Source of the DNA: a virus
Virus record (IMG/VR): IMGVR_UViG_3300027835_000143
Coordinates: 1 to 64,000 of that record
Reading direction: 5' to 3' (one strand)
Length of the DNA stretch: 64,000 bases
Below, in pieces: positions 36,505 through 45,336 of this stretch. The position numbers were made by a program, and so were the translations under genes. The notes under the pieces were generated by a model. The model was not told the DNA's origin, did no database searches, and saw only the letters and a list, made by a program, of their open reading frames with translations. Each line of letters begins with the position of its first letter. Position 1 is the stretch's first letter.

Positions 36505-36927
36505 ATGCCGCTGATCCCGACCGACCGCATCTTCGGGCCGCGCGAACTTCACGGCATCGCGACGGCGCGCCAGTATCGGACGCTCGTTAAGCGCACGATG
36601 GCGAAGGGACGTGCGGCGTACCCGGCCCTGACGTGGCCGCCGCCGCACGACGTCCCGCTGCAGCCGCCGCACCGGATCGTCGTCAACCGGTCGCGCTGGC
36701 AGGTGCCGTGCGACTGCGGGAACTACCCGCTCTACGACCCGGAGTGGCAGATCGCCGGTTGTCTCGACTGCGGCGCGATCTACGTCGGGCCTCCGCCGCG
36801 ACTCTGGCGGCAGCTTCGCGACCTCCTGCTCGCGCGCCCACGGCTGGAGAACAGGAACTGGGTCGGCGAGCCGCTCGACGTGATACTGGCTGAGAACGTC
36901 GCGAACGGCGTCGGAGCGCCGGCCTGA
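36505..36927 (+). CDS. hypothetical Zn-binding tail-region protein
   Basis: VNRSRWQVPCDCG..CLDCG; LLLARP..NRNW..GE. Confidence 0.6.
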   Translation: MPLIPTDRIFGPRELHGIATARQYRTLVKRTMAKGRAAYPALTWPPPHDVPLQPPHRIVVNRSRWQVPCDCGNYPLYDPEWQIAGCLDCGAIYVGPPPRLWRQLRDLLLARPRLENRNWVGEPLDVILAENVANGVGAPA

Positions 36928-38228
36928 TGGCATGGGTCTCGCCATCGAACCGCACGACGGGCACGCTGATCACGGCCGCGATCTGGAATCAGGACGTGGT
37001 CGCGAACCCGATCGCGCTCTACGCGAACCATGTCCAGCAGGTGTTCCGCGGGCTGCAGGTCCGCACGCATCCTGACAGTGACAGTTGGAAGACGAAGGTG
37101 ATGCTTGTCCACGCGGACGAGATCGTCTTCGACGATGGGACACGGATCGCAGCCGGCCTCGACCGTCTCGTGGCCGACATCACCGTGGCCGGCGCCGGCG
37201 GGCTCGACACGGGCGCGGAGGGCGCATCCCGGTGGTATGAGGCCTACTGCATCCGCAAGTCCAGCGACGGGACGCTGAACCTACTGCTGCATAGGGCGAA
37301 GGACTGGACGTCGGACACGTCCTTCCTGACCGCGTCGGATGCGACGCGAGCCTTGCGCCTGTTGACGGCGACCGCGACTGACAAGCTCGCCCAGGGCGTG
37401 CAGTTCGCGAACAGTAAGCCGGTCCCGTTCATCGACATCTATCTGGCGACGAACACTACGCCGGTCGCCGGCAACATCTGGCTGACGCTGGAGTCGGATA
37501 CTGCTGGCAGCCCGAGCGGCGTGGCGCTCGCAACGAGCGACAAGCTCGACGGCTCGCTGGTGTCAGCCGTCGGTCAGCAACTCGTCCGATTTGCCTTCCG
37601 CACGCCCTACACGGTGACGGCGACGACACAGTACCACGTCGTCCTGCAGGGCGATTACACGCGCAGCGATACCGTGACCATCCTGTGGTACGGCGTGGCT
37701 GCCGGCGGATATGCGAACGGCAGCGGGAAGCAGTACAACGGCGCGGCGTGGGCGGCGGCCACTGGCGTCGGTGACTTTCGGTTCAACGCCTACACGGAAC
37801 TGAACAACGTCGCCGTGACGATGCCGGCCGGCTACAACCAGAAGTGCTTGGTCGGATCCGTCCGCAACGACGGCGGCAGTGACTTCGTGCCGTTCATAGC
37901 AATTGACCGGGATGTGAAATATCGAGACCCATCCGCACTGGTGTCTGGCGGCGCGGCGACCTTTCAGACCTTGGTCGATTTGGCTGCCATTGTCCCGCCA
38001 GGCCCTGTCGTCGGCACGAGTTGGGAGCTTGAAAATACCGGCCTGAACAATATACAGGTGGCTTCAGCGCTCGGTCAGAGCGGACACGTCTACGGCATCT
38101 ACGTCGACGAGCCGCGTGCGGCGGCATTCATCGACACCGGCGCCGTGGTGCCCATCGAGAATCAGAGCCTCTATTACATGGTCGCCGCCGGCGCCTGCAC
38201 GATCTATCTGCGCTCATTCAGATGGTGA
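36927..38228 (+). CDS. tail fibre protein
   Basis: MAWVSPSNRTTGTLITAAIWN N-terminus; GAGGLDTG; MPAGY..LVGSVR. Confidence 0.75.
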   Translation: MAWVSPSNRTTGTLITAAIWNQDVVANPIALYANHVQQVFRGLQVRTHPDSDSWKTKVMLVHADEIVFDDGTRIAAGLDRLVADITVAGAGGLDTGAEGASRWYEAYCIRKSSDGTLNLLLHRAKDWTSDTSFLTASDATRALRLLTATATDKLAQGVQFANSKPVPFIDIYLATNTTPVAGNIWLTLESDTAGSPSGVALATSDKLDGSLVSAVGQQLVRFAFRTPYTVTATTQYHVVLQGDYTRSDTVTILWYGVAAGGYANGSGKQYNGAAWAAATGVGDFRFNAYTELNNVAVTMPAGYNQKCLVGSVRNDGGSDFVPFIAIDRDVKYRDPSALVSGGAATFQTLVDLAAIVPPGPVVGTSWELENTGLNNIQVASALGQSGHVYGIYVDEPRAAAFIDTGAVVPIENQSLYYMVAAGACTIYLRSFRW

Positions 38229-38235
38229 GGGTGAC

Positions 38236-39552
38236 ATGTCAGATTACGTGATGCCGATGCCGAGCACCGATCCCGCCATCAATACGGCCGCGTTCGTCGC
38301 GCTCAGGACGAGGGTCGCCGCAGACGGTAGCGGATGGATCTCGTTCCCATCCGGTGACTACACGTTCCAATTGATCGGCGGCAGCGGTCCGAACCAGACC
38401 TACGCCCTCGAGTTGCCGCCGCAGCGGTTCGCCGTCGTCGGTGCCGGGCATGGCGCGACGCGGCTCAGGCTCGCCGCCGGCAGCCCGACATGGGCGCGCG
38501 TGATCGGGACGAATGGATCCGTCGATGGCCGGATCGCGCACCTGACGGTGGACGGCAACAAGGCTGCCGTCTCTGTCAGCGAGCAGTCACACGGTATCTT
38601 TCTGAGCAGTACGGAACGCCTTACGATCGAAAATCTAGCCGTATACGCGACGCATGGCGATGGGATCTACTGGCACAATTATGCGCGTCGGAACGTCATC
38701 CGTGGCGTGCACTTGGACGACATCGGCAGGGTCGGCATCCACGCGCAGACGTTCGAGAGCTGCGCCATTCGCGAGTCGTTCTTCACCGGCGCGATGGGGC
38801 AGGGCTGCATCAAGACGGAACAGGACAATCCAGGCACGATCGCGAACGGATTGACGATCGCGAACAATCACTTCGATGGCGATGGGTCCTACGCTGATAA
38901 CTTCGCTATCCTCATTAGCGGCTTCGACTCCGCGAACCGAGCCTTGAAGATCATCGTTGAGGGGAACCAGATCAAGCGATTCCGGCTGGCGATCGGACTT
39001 GGAATCTGGTCGACCGGCTGGAACATTAGCGGGAACATCATCGACAGTTGCCACTCCGGGATCGTCGAGACGAATTACGCCGTCACCTACGGATATGACA
39101 GCCACGAGGATATCTCAATCGCGGGGAACGACTTACTCTACATGATCGACGCAGGCTATGAGGAATGGGCGATCAGCCTGTCGAACGCGCGCGTCGCCTC
39201 CATCCTCGGTAATACGGCCTCGGTGCGCACGCGCGGGCTGCGCCTGCGCCACTGCACCGACATCGATACCGCGAGGAACAATATCATGATCCGCGAGGCG
39301 GACGGCATGGGTGTCATGTTCTACCGCAGCCCGGACGTCTCATCGTTGGGGGATTCGGTACGTACTGCCGGTGGTGTCGCCTACGGTGCGTACATCGCCG
39401 ACGACGCGACGTATATCGGCACGCCGGCGCAGATCCTCGACTTCACGGTGCGCGGGCATTGCCAGTACGGCATCCGGCGCGATCTCATCAATCCGACATT
39501 GGTCACGGTGCGCGACTTGATCGCGGCCGACGCGGTCTATCCGCTGTACTGA
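38236..39552 (+). CDS. right-handed beta-helix tailspike/depolymerase-like protein
   Basis: FPSGDY, GAGHGATRL, LTVDGNK, HGIF, GDGIY, repeated IxGN strands. Confidence 0.8.
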   Translation: MSDYVMPMPSTDPAINTAAFVALRTRVAADGSGWISFPSGDYTFQLIGGSGPNQTYALELPPQRFAVVGAGHGATRLRLAAGSPTWARVIGTNGSVDGRIAHLTVDGNKAAVSVSEQSHGIFLSSTERLTIENLAVYATHGDGIYWHNYARRNVIRGVHLDDIGRVGIHAQTFESCAIRESFFTGAMGQGCIKTEQDNPGTIANGLTIANNHFDGDGSYADNFAILISGFDSANRALKIIVEGNQIKRFRLAIGLGIWSTGWNISGNIIDSCHSGIVETNYAVTYGYDSHEDISIAGNDLLYMIDAGYEEWAISLSNARVASILGNTASVRTRGLRLRHCTDIDTARNNIMIREADGMGVMFYRSPDVSSLGDSVRTAGGVAYGAYIADDATYIGTPAQILDFTVRGHCQYGIRRDLINPTLVTVRDLIAADAVYPLY

Positions 39553-39724
39553 GGGTAAATGACATGGCAATCCTACGCACGACGGCGACGACGCTCATCG
39601 ACATGGCGCTCTGCGTCTGGGATGGGACCAATGTCTAGGCGCATCCTGATCGCGATCTGGGTGGCGGCGCAATGGCTCGGCGCGGCGGCCGTCATCGCCG
39701 CCGTCGGAAGATGAGGCGGATGCG

Positions 39725-40054
39725 GTGGCTTGGATATTGACGTGGGCGCCGGCCGCGGCGCTGATCTGGGCGGTGATCTCCACAATCGTCGCGTGGGCAT
39801 TCGCCTCCGGCAGGTTCACCGGGCGCACGGTCACGCTCGACCAGCTCAATGCGGCGCTGATCGAGAAGGGCGTCGTCACTGAGGCTGTACTGCTGCGCCG
39901 CCTGGAGGCGGAGCGCCACAGCGTGCGCGACGAGCTGAACGCAGCGACAGGGAAATGCGTGCCGCGCGAACTCTATACTTCGGAGCACCTGGCACTCGCG
40001 AACAAGGTCGACCGTCTTGAGCGCGCCTTCGACGGCGCGAGACAGAATGACTGA
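39725..40054 (+). CDS. membrane protein of the lysis region
   Basis: N-terminal TM plus coiled coil. Confidence 0.55.
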   Translation: MAWILTWAPAAALIWAVISTIVAWAFASGRFTGRTVTLDQLNAALIEKGVVTEAVLLRRLEAERHSVRDELNAATGKCVPRELYTSEHLALANKVDRLERAFDGARQND

Positions 40055-40589
40055 CCCTCTGCCGCCTGAGTACGCCGCGGTCCTCTCGGCGCTGTCCGAC
40101 GCGCAGGTCGTCGCCGGGACGGCGTGGGCCGAGGCGCGAGCGCGGCTCGAGGGCGGCACGTGGCGAACGAACCCTCCGGAGGCGATGCACGACATCGCCG
40201 ACGTCATCGACCGGCGCGTCCACGACCGACGGTGGTCTCGGCTCGGCTACAGGGGCGTCTGCCTCCAGCCGTTCGCGTTCTCATGCTGGCTACCGCGCGC
40301 AGGCGCCGACAACGACCGCGACCCGCAGCACCTCGCGGACAACTTCCAGGCGCTGATGGACCGGATGCGGCGGCTGCTCGCAGGCGAGACGCCGAGCGCC
40401 ACGCTGTTGACGTGCCTCGCGATCGCGGAGGTCGTCACCGGCCGCGGCGCGCCGGACCCGACGTCACCGGTCGCCGGGGCGACGCACTACTACGCGAAGT
40501 GGCTGGCGGCGCCCCCGCGCTGGTCGCTACCGCCGTCAGTCCTCGTCGCCGAGCGGTTCGGCCAGAGGTTCTTCAGGAACGTGCGGTGA
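40047..40589 (+). CDS. endolysin, SleB/Hydrolase_2 cell wall hydrolase
   Basis: TAWAEAR, IADVIDRR, VCLQPFAFSCW, GATHYYA..PPRW. Confidence 0.85.
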   Translation: MTDPLPPEYAAVLSALSDAQVVAGTAWAEARARLEGGTWRTNPPEAMHDIADVIDRRVHDRRWSRLGYRGVCLQPFAFSCWLPRAGADNDRDPQHLADNFQALMDRMRRLLAGETPSATLLTCLAIAEVVTGRGAPDPTSPVAGATHYYAKWLAAPPRWSLPPSVLVAERFGQRFFRNVR

Positions 40590-40606
40590 CAGGGAGGTCT
40601 GAATAA

Positions 40607-41005
40607 ATGGACGCGAACATGCTCATCGCGCAACTGATCCAAGAGGGCGTGACGCACGCGACGTGGGCGGCGCTCATCTGCTACGCGCTGCAGGCGCTGA
40701 AGCGGTCGGTGCGGTTCCGGTGGGTGACGCCGGACACGAAGGCCGTCAACGCCTGGATCTCGTTCCTGAGTGCTGGCGCTGTCGCGCTCGGCATTGGGAT
40801 CGTCAGCACCGGGTCGTCGGCGACCGGGTTCGACGTCCACATCCACATCCCGCCGCTTGCTGCGCTCGCCGCTGGCGCGCTGGACTGGGGGAAGCAGTAC
40901 GCGACGAACCAGTTCTTCTACGACAAGGTCGTGCAGCCGAGCGGAACGGCGCGTCCGGCGGACGTCGCCGGAGCGGTCCGCGATGCGCTCATGATGAAGT
41001 CGTGA
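40607..41005 (+). CDS. putative holin
   Basis: Follows the endolysin; several hydrophobic segments. Confidence 0.6.
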   Translation: MDANMLIAQLIQEGVTHATWAALICYALQALKRSVRFRWVTPDTKAVNAWISFLSAGAVALGIGIVSTGSSATGFDVHIHIPPLAALAAGALDWGKQYATNQFFYDKVVQPSGTARPADVAGAVRDALMMKS

Positions 41006-41020
41006 GGTGGGACGCACATC

Positions 41021-41266
41021 GTGGACGCCGGACGGCCGAATGCGTGCCCGGACTGCGAAACGTCGGCCCGTGCCGAACGGCTCGACGACGGCTGGTGGTT
41101 CTGCGCCGCCTGCGGCCTGGCCTGGCGTCACGGCGCAGACGGGAACATCGCGCGCGCGCTGACGAGTCATAGCCCGCGCGCGAAGGAGGTTGTCCTCGCC
41201 GCCGCGTCGGGCCGAGCGGCGCTGGGAACTGCCCCTCCCCCGAAGGGCAGAGCCGCCGGAGACTGA
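41021..41266 (+). CDS. small Zn-ribbon protein
   Basis: CPDC..WWFCAACG. Confidence 0.5.
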   Translation: MDAGRPNACPDCETSARAERLDDGWWFCAACGLAWRHGADGNIARALTSHSPRAKEVVLAAASGRAALGTAPPPKGRAAGD

Positions 41267-41310
41267 CAAGTGGCGGGGACAACGATTCGGAACGGAGAAA
41301 GGATTAGGCC

Positions 41311-41718
41311 ATGCGTCCGGGGTTCCTGCTCGCCTGCCTCGTCGCGGCCGTCAGCCTCGGCGCGTCTCCGCCGGTTCCAGCACCGGTTCGCATCGCGCTG
41401 CCGTGGGGCTACGTCGAGCTGACAACGAACGAGGTATCGGTCGTCTCGACCGTCGACGACCCGCCGGCCGTGCGGCTGGTGTCCGTCGGGCGCGCGCTCG
41501 GCAAGGTCTCGTTCAACCGCCTGCGTCCGGACGGCCGGCAGGAGGAGGTCGCGATCCTGCAGGGCAAGATCGACGAGCGGTACCCGTCGCGGCTCGCCGG
41601 CGAGGTGACGATCCACGTGCGGAACCTCGGCACCGGCGACTCGGCGATGGTCCCGGTCCTGCTGCTGCGGTCCGACGAGGCGGTCTTCTACGTCCCGGTC
41701 TATCAGGCGCGACGGTAA
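41311..41718 (+). CDS. putative secreted protein
   Basis: Signal-peptide-like N-terminus. Confidence 0.55.
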   Translation: MRPGFLLACLVAAVSLGASPPVPAPVRIALPWGYVELTTNEVSVVSTVDDPPAVRLVSVGRALGKVSFNRLRPDGRQEEVAILQGKIDERYPSRLAGEVTIHVRNLGTGDSAMVPVLLLRSDEAVFYVPVYQARR

Positions 41719-41754
41719 CAAGCGGGTCACAGGCGAGACCTAGCAGGGTTAGCT

Positions 41755-42138
41755 ATGCGGGCACGTCTCCTCGTATCGGTCCTGGTGGTCGGTCCACTCC
41801 TGTTCCTCGTTGTCGCTGCGGCCGTTCGCGAGCCGCCGGTCGCGGTCGCGATCGAGCACGGCGCGATCCTCCCGTATCGTGGCACCGCGCGGCTCCGCGT
41901 CACGGTCGTGCCGAACCGTAAGAACGCCGGGCTCTGGACGGCCATCGAGTCGTCCGGCTACGCCTCCGCGCACTATGAGCAGCTCGACGGCGCGCACGCG
42001 CCTCGGGTGCGGTGGGTCGAGTTCAAGGACCTGCCGTCCGGCGACTACACGGCGTGGGTCCGCCTGTTGTGGGCGCACGGCGAGACGTCGGCGCGCGTGA
42101 CCTTCATCGTCGGGCACAGCAAGGAGCCGTTCCCGTGA
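41755..42138 (+). CDS. putative membrane-anchored or secreted protein
   Basis: N-terminal TM; Ig-like ending FKDLPSGDYTA. Confidence 0.55.
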   Translation: MRARLLVSVLVVGPLLFLVVAAAVREPPVAVAIEHGAILPYRGTARLRVTVVPNRKNAGLWTAIESSGYASAHYEQLDGAHAPRVRWVEFKDLPSGDYTAWVRLLWAHGETSARVTFIVGHSKEPFP

Positions 42139-42407
42139 CCGCGCGCGGGTTCTGCGCGCCCGGCGAGGCCGAGGCAGCGAAGGGCGCCGTCCACGCGCTC
42201 GCGACTGCGCTCTGCGGTGTGATGGCGATCTACAACGGCGCCGCGTTCCTCTATAGGCGCGAGCGGCACCTGGCGTTCAACGCCGTCGCCTACGGCCTGG
42301 CGACGTGGTGGGAGGCCCAGCAGACCGCGCGGCACTGGCGCCGGACGGTACCTAGAACGGCGGAGCGATCTTTGAATGGCGGTCCTTGTCACCGCATGTC
42401 TTCGTAA
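42135..42407 (+). CDS. small membrane protein
   Basis: AGGAG RBS and GTG; two hydrophobic helices. Confidence 0.55.
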   Translation: MTARGFCAPGEAEAAKGAVHALATALCGVMAIYNGAAFLYRRERHLAFNAVAYGLATWWEAQQTARHWRRTVPRTAERSLNGGPCHRMSS

Positions 42408-42957
42408 GTCCTGCGCGAAGGCTCCCGGCATAGATAACCTTCTCGGTCCCGCAATCGCACAAGCATTTCCATTTCGATTGGCCAACATACCTGATTGTCA
42501 CGAGCGCGCCGAAGCGCGTTCCTATTTCAACCGGCGCAGTCGCAGAGATTTTTCCGCGGCTTAATCGCCGCACGCAATCAGAGCACGTCCCGGAGCCTGC
42601 TTGGAACGCGTCGCGCCGCTTAGACGAATCGCATTCAGGACATCGCTGAAGTAGATCATCAGGAATCCGTCGACCGCGCCGTCGCGACTGTTCCGGCCGC
42701 ATCGTATAGGGGAAGAGCATTGGCTGTTTGAGATAACCAACCGCTGCCGCTAACCATCTACTGCCCCACGCGTCAAGGGTCCCGAGTCGGCTATTGCACG
42801 TCCCGCACAAGGCTCCCCTAACGAAGCCTGTCGAATGGTCGTGATCTAGCACGGCCGCCTCGGCCGGACAAAGGGCGCAACTGCCGGAAGAATTGGACGC
42901 AGCTAAGCGCAAGGCGTCCATGTAAGCCGGATCGTCTATTTTTGTTAGCCTTTTCAT
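42352..42957 (-). CDS. endonuclease VII-like homing nuclease with Zn-ribbon and WKCLCDCG domain
   Basis: CALC..LDHDHSTGFVRGALCGTCNSRLG; CPEC..CSDC; GTRFGAL..WKCLCDCG..SLRAGLTKTCG. Confidence 0.85.
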   Translation of the reverse strand: MKRLTKIDDPAYMDALRLAASNSSGSCALCPAEAAVLDHDHSTGFVRGALCGTCNSRLGTLDAWGSRWLAAAVGYLKQPMLFPYTMRPEQSRRRGRRIPDDLLQRCPECDSSKRRDAFQAGSGTCSDCVRRLSRGKISATAPVEIGTRFGALVTIRYVGQSKWKCLCDCGTEKVIYAGSLRAGLTKTCGDKDRHSKIAPPF

Positions 42958-42969
42958 CTAAAATAAGTA

Positions 42970-42998
42970 TAGACACGTTTACCGGATATATGTATACT
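42970..42998 (+). promoter_or_regulatory. sigma70-type early promoter
   Basis: TAGACA-17 nt-TATACT in a markedly AT-rich patch. Confidence 0.75.
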
Positions 42999-43004
42999 TT
43001 CTTA

Positions 43005-43517
43005 CGTAAGACGCGACGCTCCTACCGGGAGCCATTGACAACTGAATGACCAGCAGCGCCGGATGACCCCGCCGAAACGGAGGGCCGGCCGACAGGAAGG
43101 CAGCGAGACGGCCGGTAACAGGTAGGCCGCCAGTCGCAGCCGCCAGAGACTCCCAACAACAACCGTAGAGCAGAGACCGCGGCCATGTCCGTATCGGTAA
43201 TGAACTTTTGCCGGATACGCGAAAACGGACCGCTGAGTACGCCGTCCGCGCCTTCACCAGGTTGACGTTTGAGACGGGAGTCCGCGCGATGGTGGATCGC
43301 GTAGATGTCGGTGCAGCGAGAACCGTCCGAGCCTACCCTTGCCGCGCGGCGGCTGGCGATTGTGGCGATGAGGACGCGGGCGCCGACATAGAGGGGGAAA
43401 CGGGTAAGGCCCGGCCTGAGCGCCGGGCGCGCCGCTTCACGGAGCGCCGCGCCGGACGCTCGAACCGAGAACGGAACTTCAACCGCGCGGTCAATGACCG
43501 CCATAGACGAGGCCGAC
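43005..43517 (+). ncRNA. candidate structured early leader/ncRNA
   Basis: No convincing ORF; multiple local and long-range complementary segments. Confidence 0.5.
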
Positions 43518-43640
43518 ATGATCACACTCCGCACCGTCCTGACCTACGGGTTCCTGCTGCTCGCGTCGCTCCACGGCGAGCACGTCCACTTGCACAGGCA
43601 TGCAGCGCACGCGGTTCGCGTCCACGCGAACGTCCACTAA
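43518..43640 (+). CDS. 40-aa His-rich peptide
   Basis: GAGG RBS; MITLRTVLTYGFLLLASLHGEHVHLHRHAAHAVRVHANVH. Confidence 0.5.
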   Translation: MITLRTVLTYGFLLLASLHGEHVHLHRHAAHAVRVHANVH

Positions 43641-43699
43641 CTAATAATCGTCAGCGAGTTTTTAACCGCGCGCTACGCGCGCCTTAGAGGAGAACGACG

Positions 43700-44137
43700 A
43701 TGGTAAAACTATCCACGAAGAATGCCGACGTACTCCGCGCTCGCCGCGCGGACGCAGAACAGGTCTTCGAGCTGACGATGGAAGAAGCGCGCGCATTACC
43801 CGGACTCTTCGGACGGTTCGTGCCTGCAGCCTTCGAGCACGTCGGCTTCTATACGTGCACGAAGCTCGCGAACGGCGATGACCGGACCGGCGTTAAGACG
43901 CTCTACGTGCTCAAGGGTATCGACGCGCCGCGCTGCCATTTTATGAACTGCAAGAAGACGGTGACGCATACCGTTCAACGGCTCTGGACGATTCGCGGTC
44001 GCGCGCCGTTCGCGCAGCAGCATTGCTGCGACGATCACATACCCGGCATCTTCGATCGCGAGAGCACGTTCATGCGTTCGCTCCGGCGCGCTGGCTACGC
44101 CGTGTCGCGCTACTATCGAGTCGAGAGGATCAAATGA
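43700..44137 (+). CDS. hypothetical early protein
   Basis: Strong RBS; C..C..CCDDH. Confidence 0.6.
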   Translation: MVKLSTKNADVLRARRADAEQVFELTMEEARALPGLFGRFVPAAFEHVGFYTCTKLANGDDRTGVKTLYVLKGIDAPRCHFMNCKKTVTHTVQRLWTIRGRAPFAQQHCCDDHIPGIFDRESTFMRSLRRAGYAVSRYYRVERIK

Positions 44138-44427
44138 GAGTCGCCGTTATCTGCGAGACGTCCGGCAAAGTCCGCGAAGCTTTCAGAAAGCTTGGGCACG
44201 ACGCGGTAAGCGTCGACGTTCTTCCGGCAGATGATCGGAGCGCGTATCACTACGTCGCCGACGCGCTCGCGTATCTCGCCGAACATGAAGCGTCGCTCGA
44301 TCTCGTCGTCGCGCATCCGCCTTGCACGTATCTCTGTAACTCCGGCGTTCAATGGTTGACGCGAACGCCGAAGATGCCGAAAGCCGGAACGCAGTGGGGC
44401 GTGCCGAGCGTCGATACGCTGTTCTAA
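44134..44427 (+). pseudogene. internally deleted phage DNA cytosine methyltransferase
   Basis: VAVICETSGKVREAF..GHDA.SVD, DLVVAHPPCTYL joined almost directly to a terminal QWG. Confidence 0.65.
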
Positions 44428-44572
44428 ACCGCCTTCCGTTAATCGCCTTAACCGGCAATTTGACTTGCGGCGTATCGCCGCCTTAGAGGAGCCTCCGATG
44501 AAAACTTCCAACGCTTCGATCTTCCGCCGCTACGCCGTCGCCGTCCGCGTCGTGCGGAATTAGGAGGTCAGT

Positions 44573-44980
44573 ATGAACGATGGAAACTTCAACGCATTCG
44601 AGAAGCGCGGAGCGCAGGCGACGCCACTGACGTTCGCGAAGACGTTCCGGCGCGGCGACCGCGTCGCCTATACGCTCGTCGATGGCACGGTCGCCGTCGG
44701 CGAGTTCGTCCGGATCTCGCGCGAATCCGGATTCGCGATCGTCGAGATCGGCGATCCGGACGGCCTGATCTCGGTCGACTTCGAAACGCTCCGGCACGCG
44801 CCGGTCGAGGTCGTCGGCCCGCTGCCTGCGCCGCTGCCGACGGCCTGCCCGGACTGCGGAGGGACGCTGACGGTAGACCCGGAGGCGCGCAAGGGCACGC
44901 CGCAGCCGGGAGGGCGGACGCGCTACCGGACGGTGCGCGTCGCCTTCTGCGGCGGCTGCGAGTACGCGGTCGAGTGTTAG
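44573..44980 (+). CDS. hypothetical protein with C-terminal Zn ribbon
   Basis: GGAGG RBS; CPDCGG..CGGC. Confidence 0.6.
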   Translation: MNDGNFNAFEKRGAQATPLTFAKTFRRGDRVAYTLVDGTVAVGEFVRISRESGFAIVEIGDPDGLISVDFETLRHAPVEVVGPLPAPLPTACPDCGGTLTVDPEARKGTPQPGGRTRYRTVRVAFCGGCEYAVEC

Positions 44981-45003
44981 GCGATTAACGAAGGGATGGT
45001 TCG

Positions 45004-45252
45004 ATGACGAGTGAGACGCTGATCCGCAAGCTCGAAGCGGCCGGGTTCGAGCCGCATTCCTACAGCGGCCGGGCGATGTTCGGCCGTCAATGTGTGGCCG
45101 TCAGCGGCGGCGGGATGTTTGTGTGGCCGGCGACGGCCGTGCTGCGCGGGTGGCGGCAGGACAGCATGGGCCGCGGCGCCGTCATCTACTGGCCGGAGGT
45201 CGCGTGGCCAGGCGAGATTGACGACGCGGAACTGCCCGATGGCCGCGCGTAA
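45004..45252 (+). CDS. hypothetical protein
   Basis: SYSGRAMFGRQCVAV..DSMGRG.VIYWP, a recurring phage motif. Confidence 0.65.
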   Translation: MTSETLIRKLEAAGFEPHSYSGRAMFGRQCVAVSGGGMFVWPATAVLRGWRQDSMGRGAVIYWPEVAWPGEIDDAELPDGRA

Positions 45253-45336
45253 GATGTGGATCCGAAAGAGGCGGCCGACTGCGAAGAACCGTTAAACGCG
45301 CCATGATCTGGCGCCATAGAACGAGGAGACACGACG

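Noticed and set aside
38116-38235. Upstream starts given by the ORF track (also 18675, 23828, 56510, 60922, 62709)
   Set aside because: They overlap upstream genes or structured leaders and lack an RBS; downstream starts with RBS or stop-start coupling were used instead
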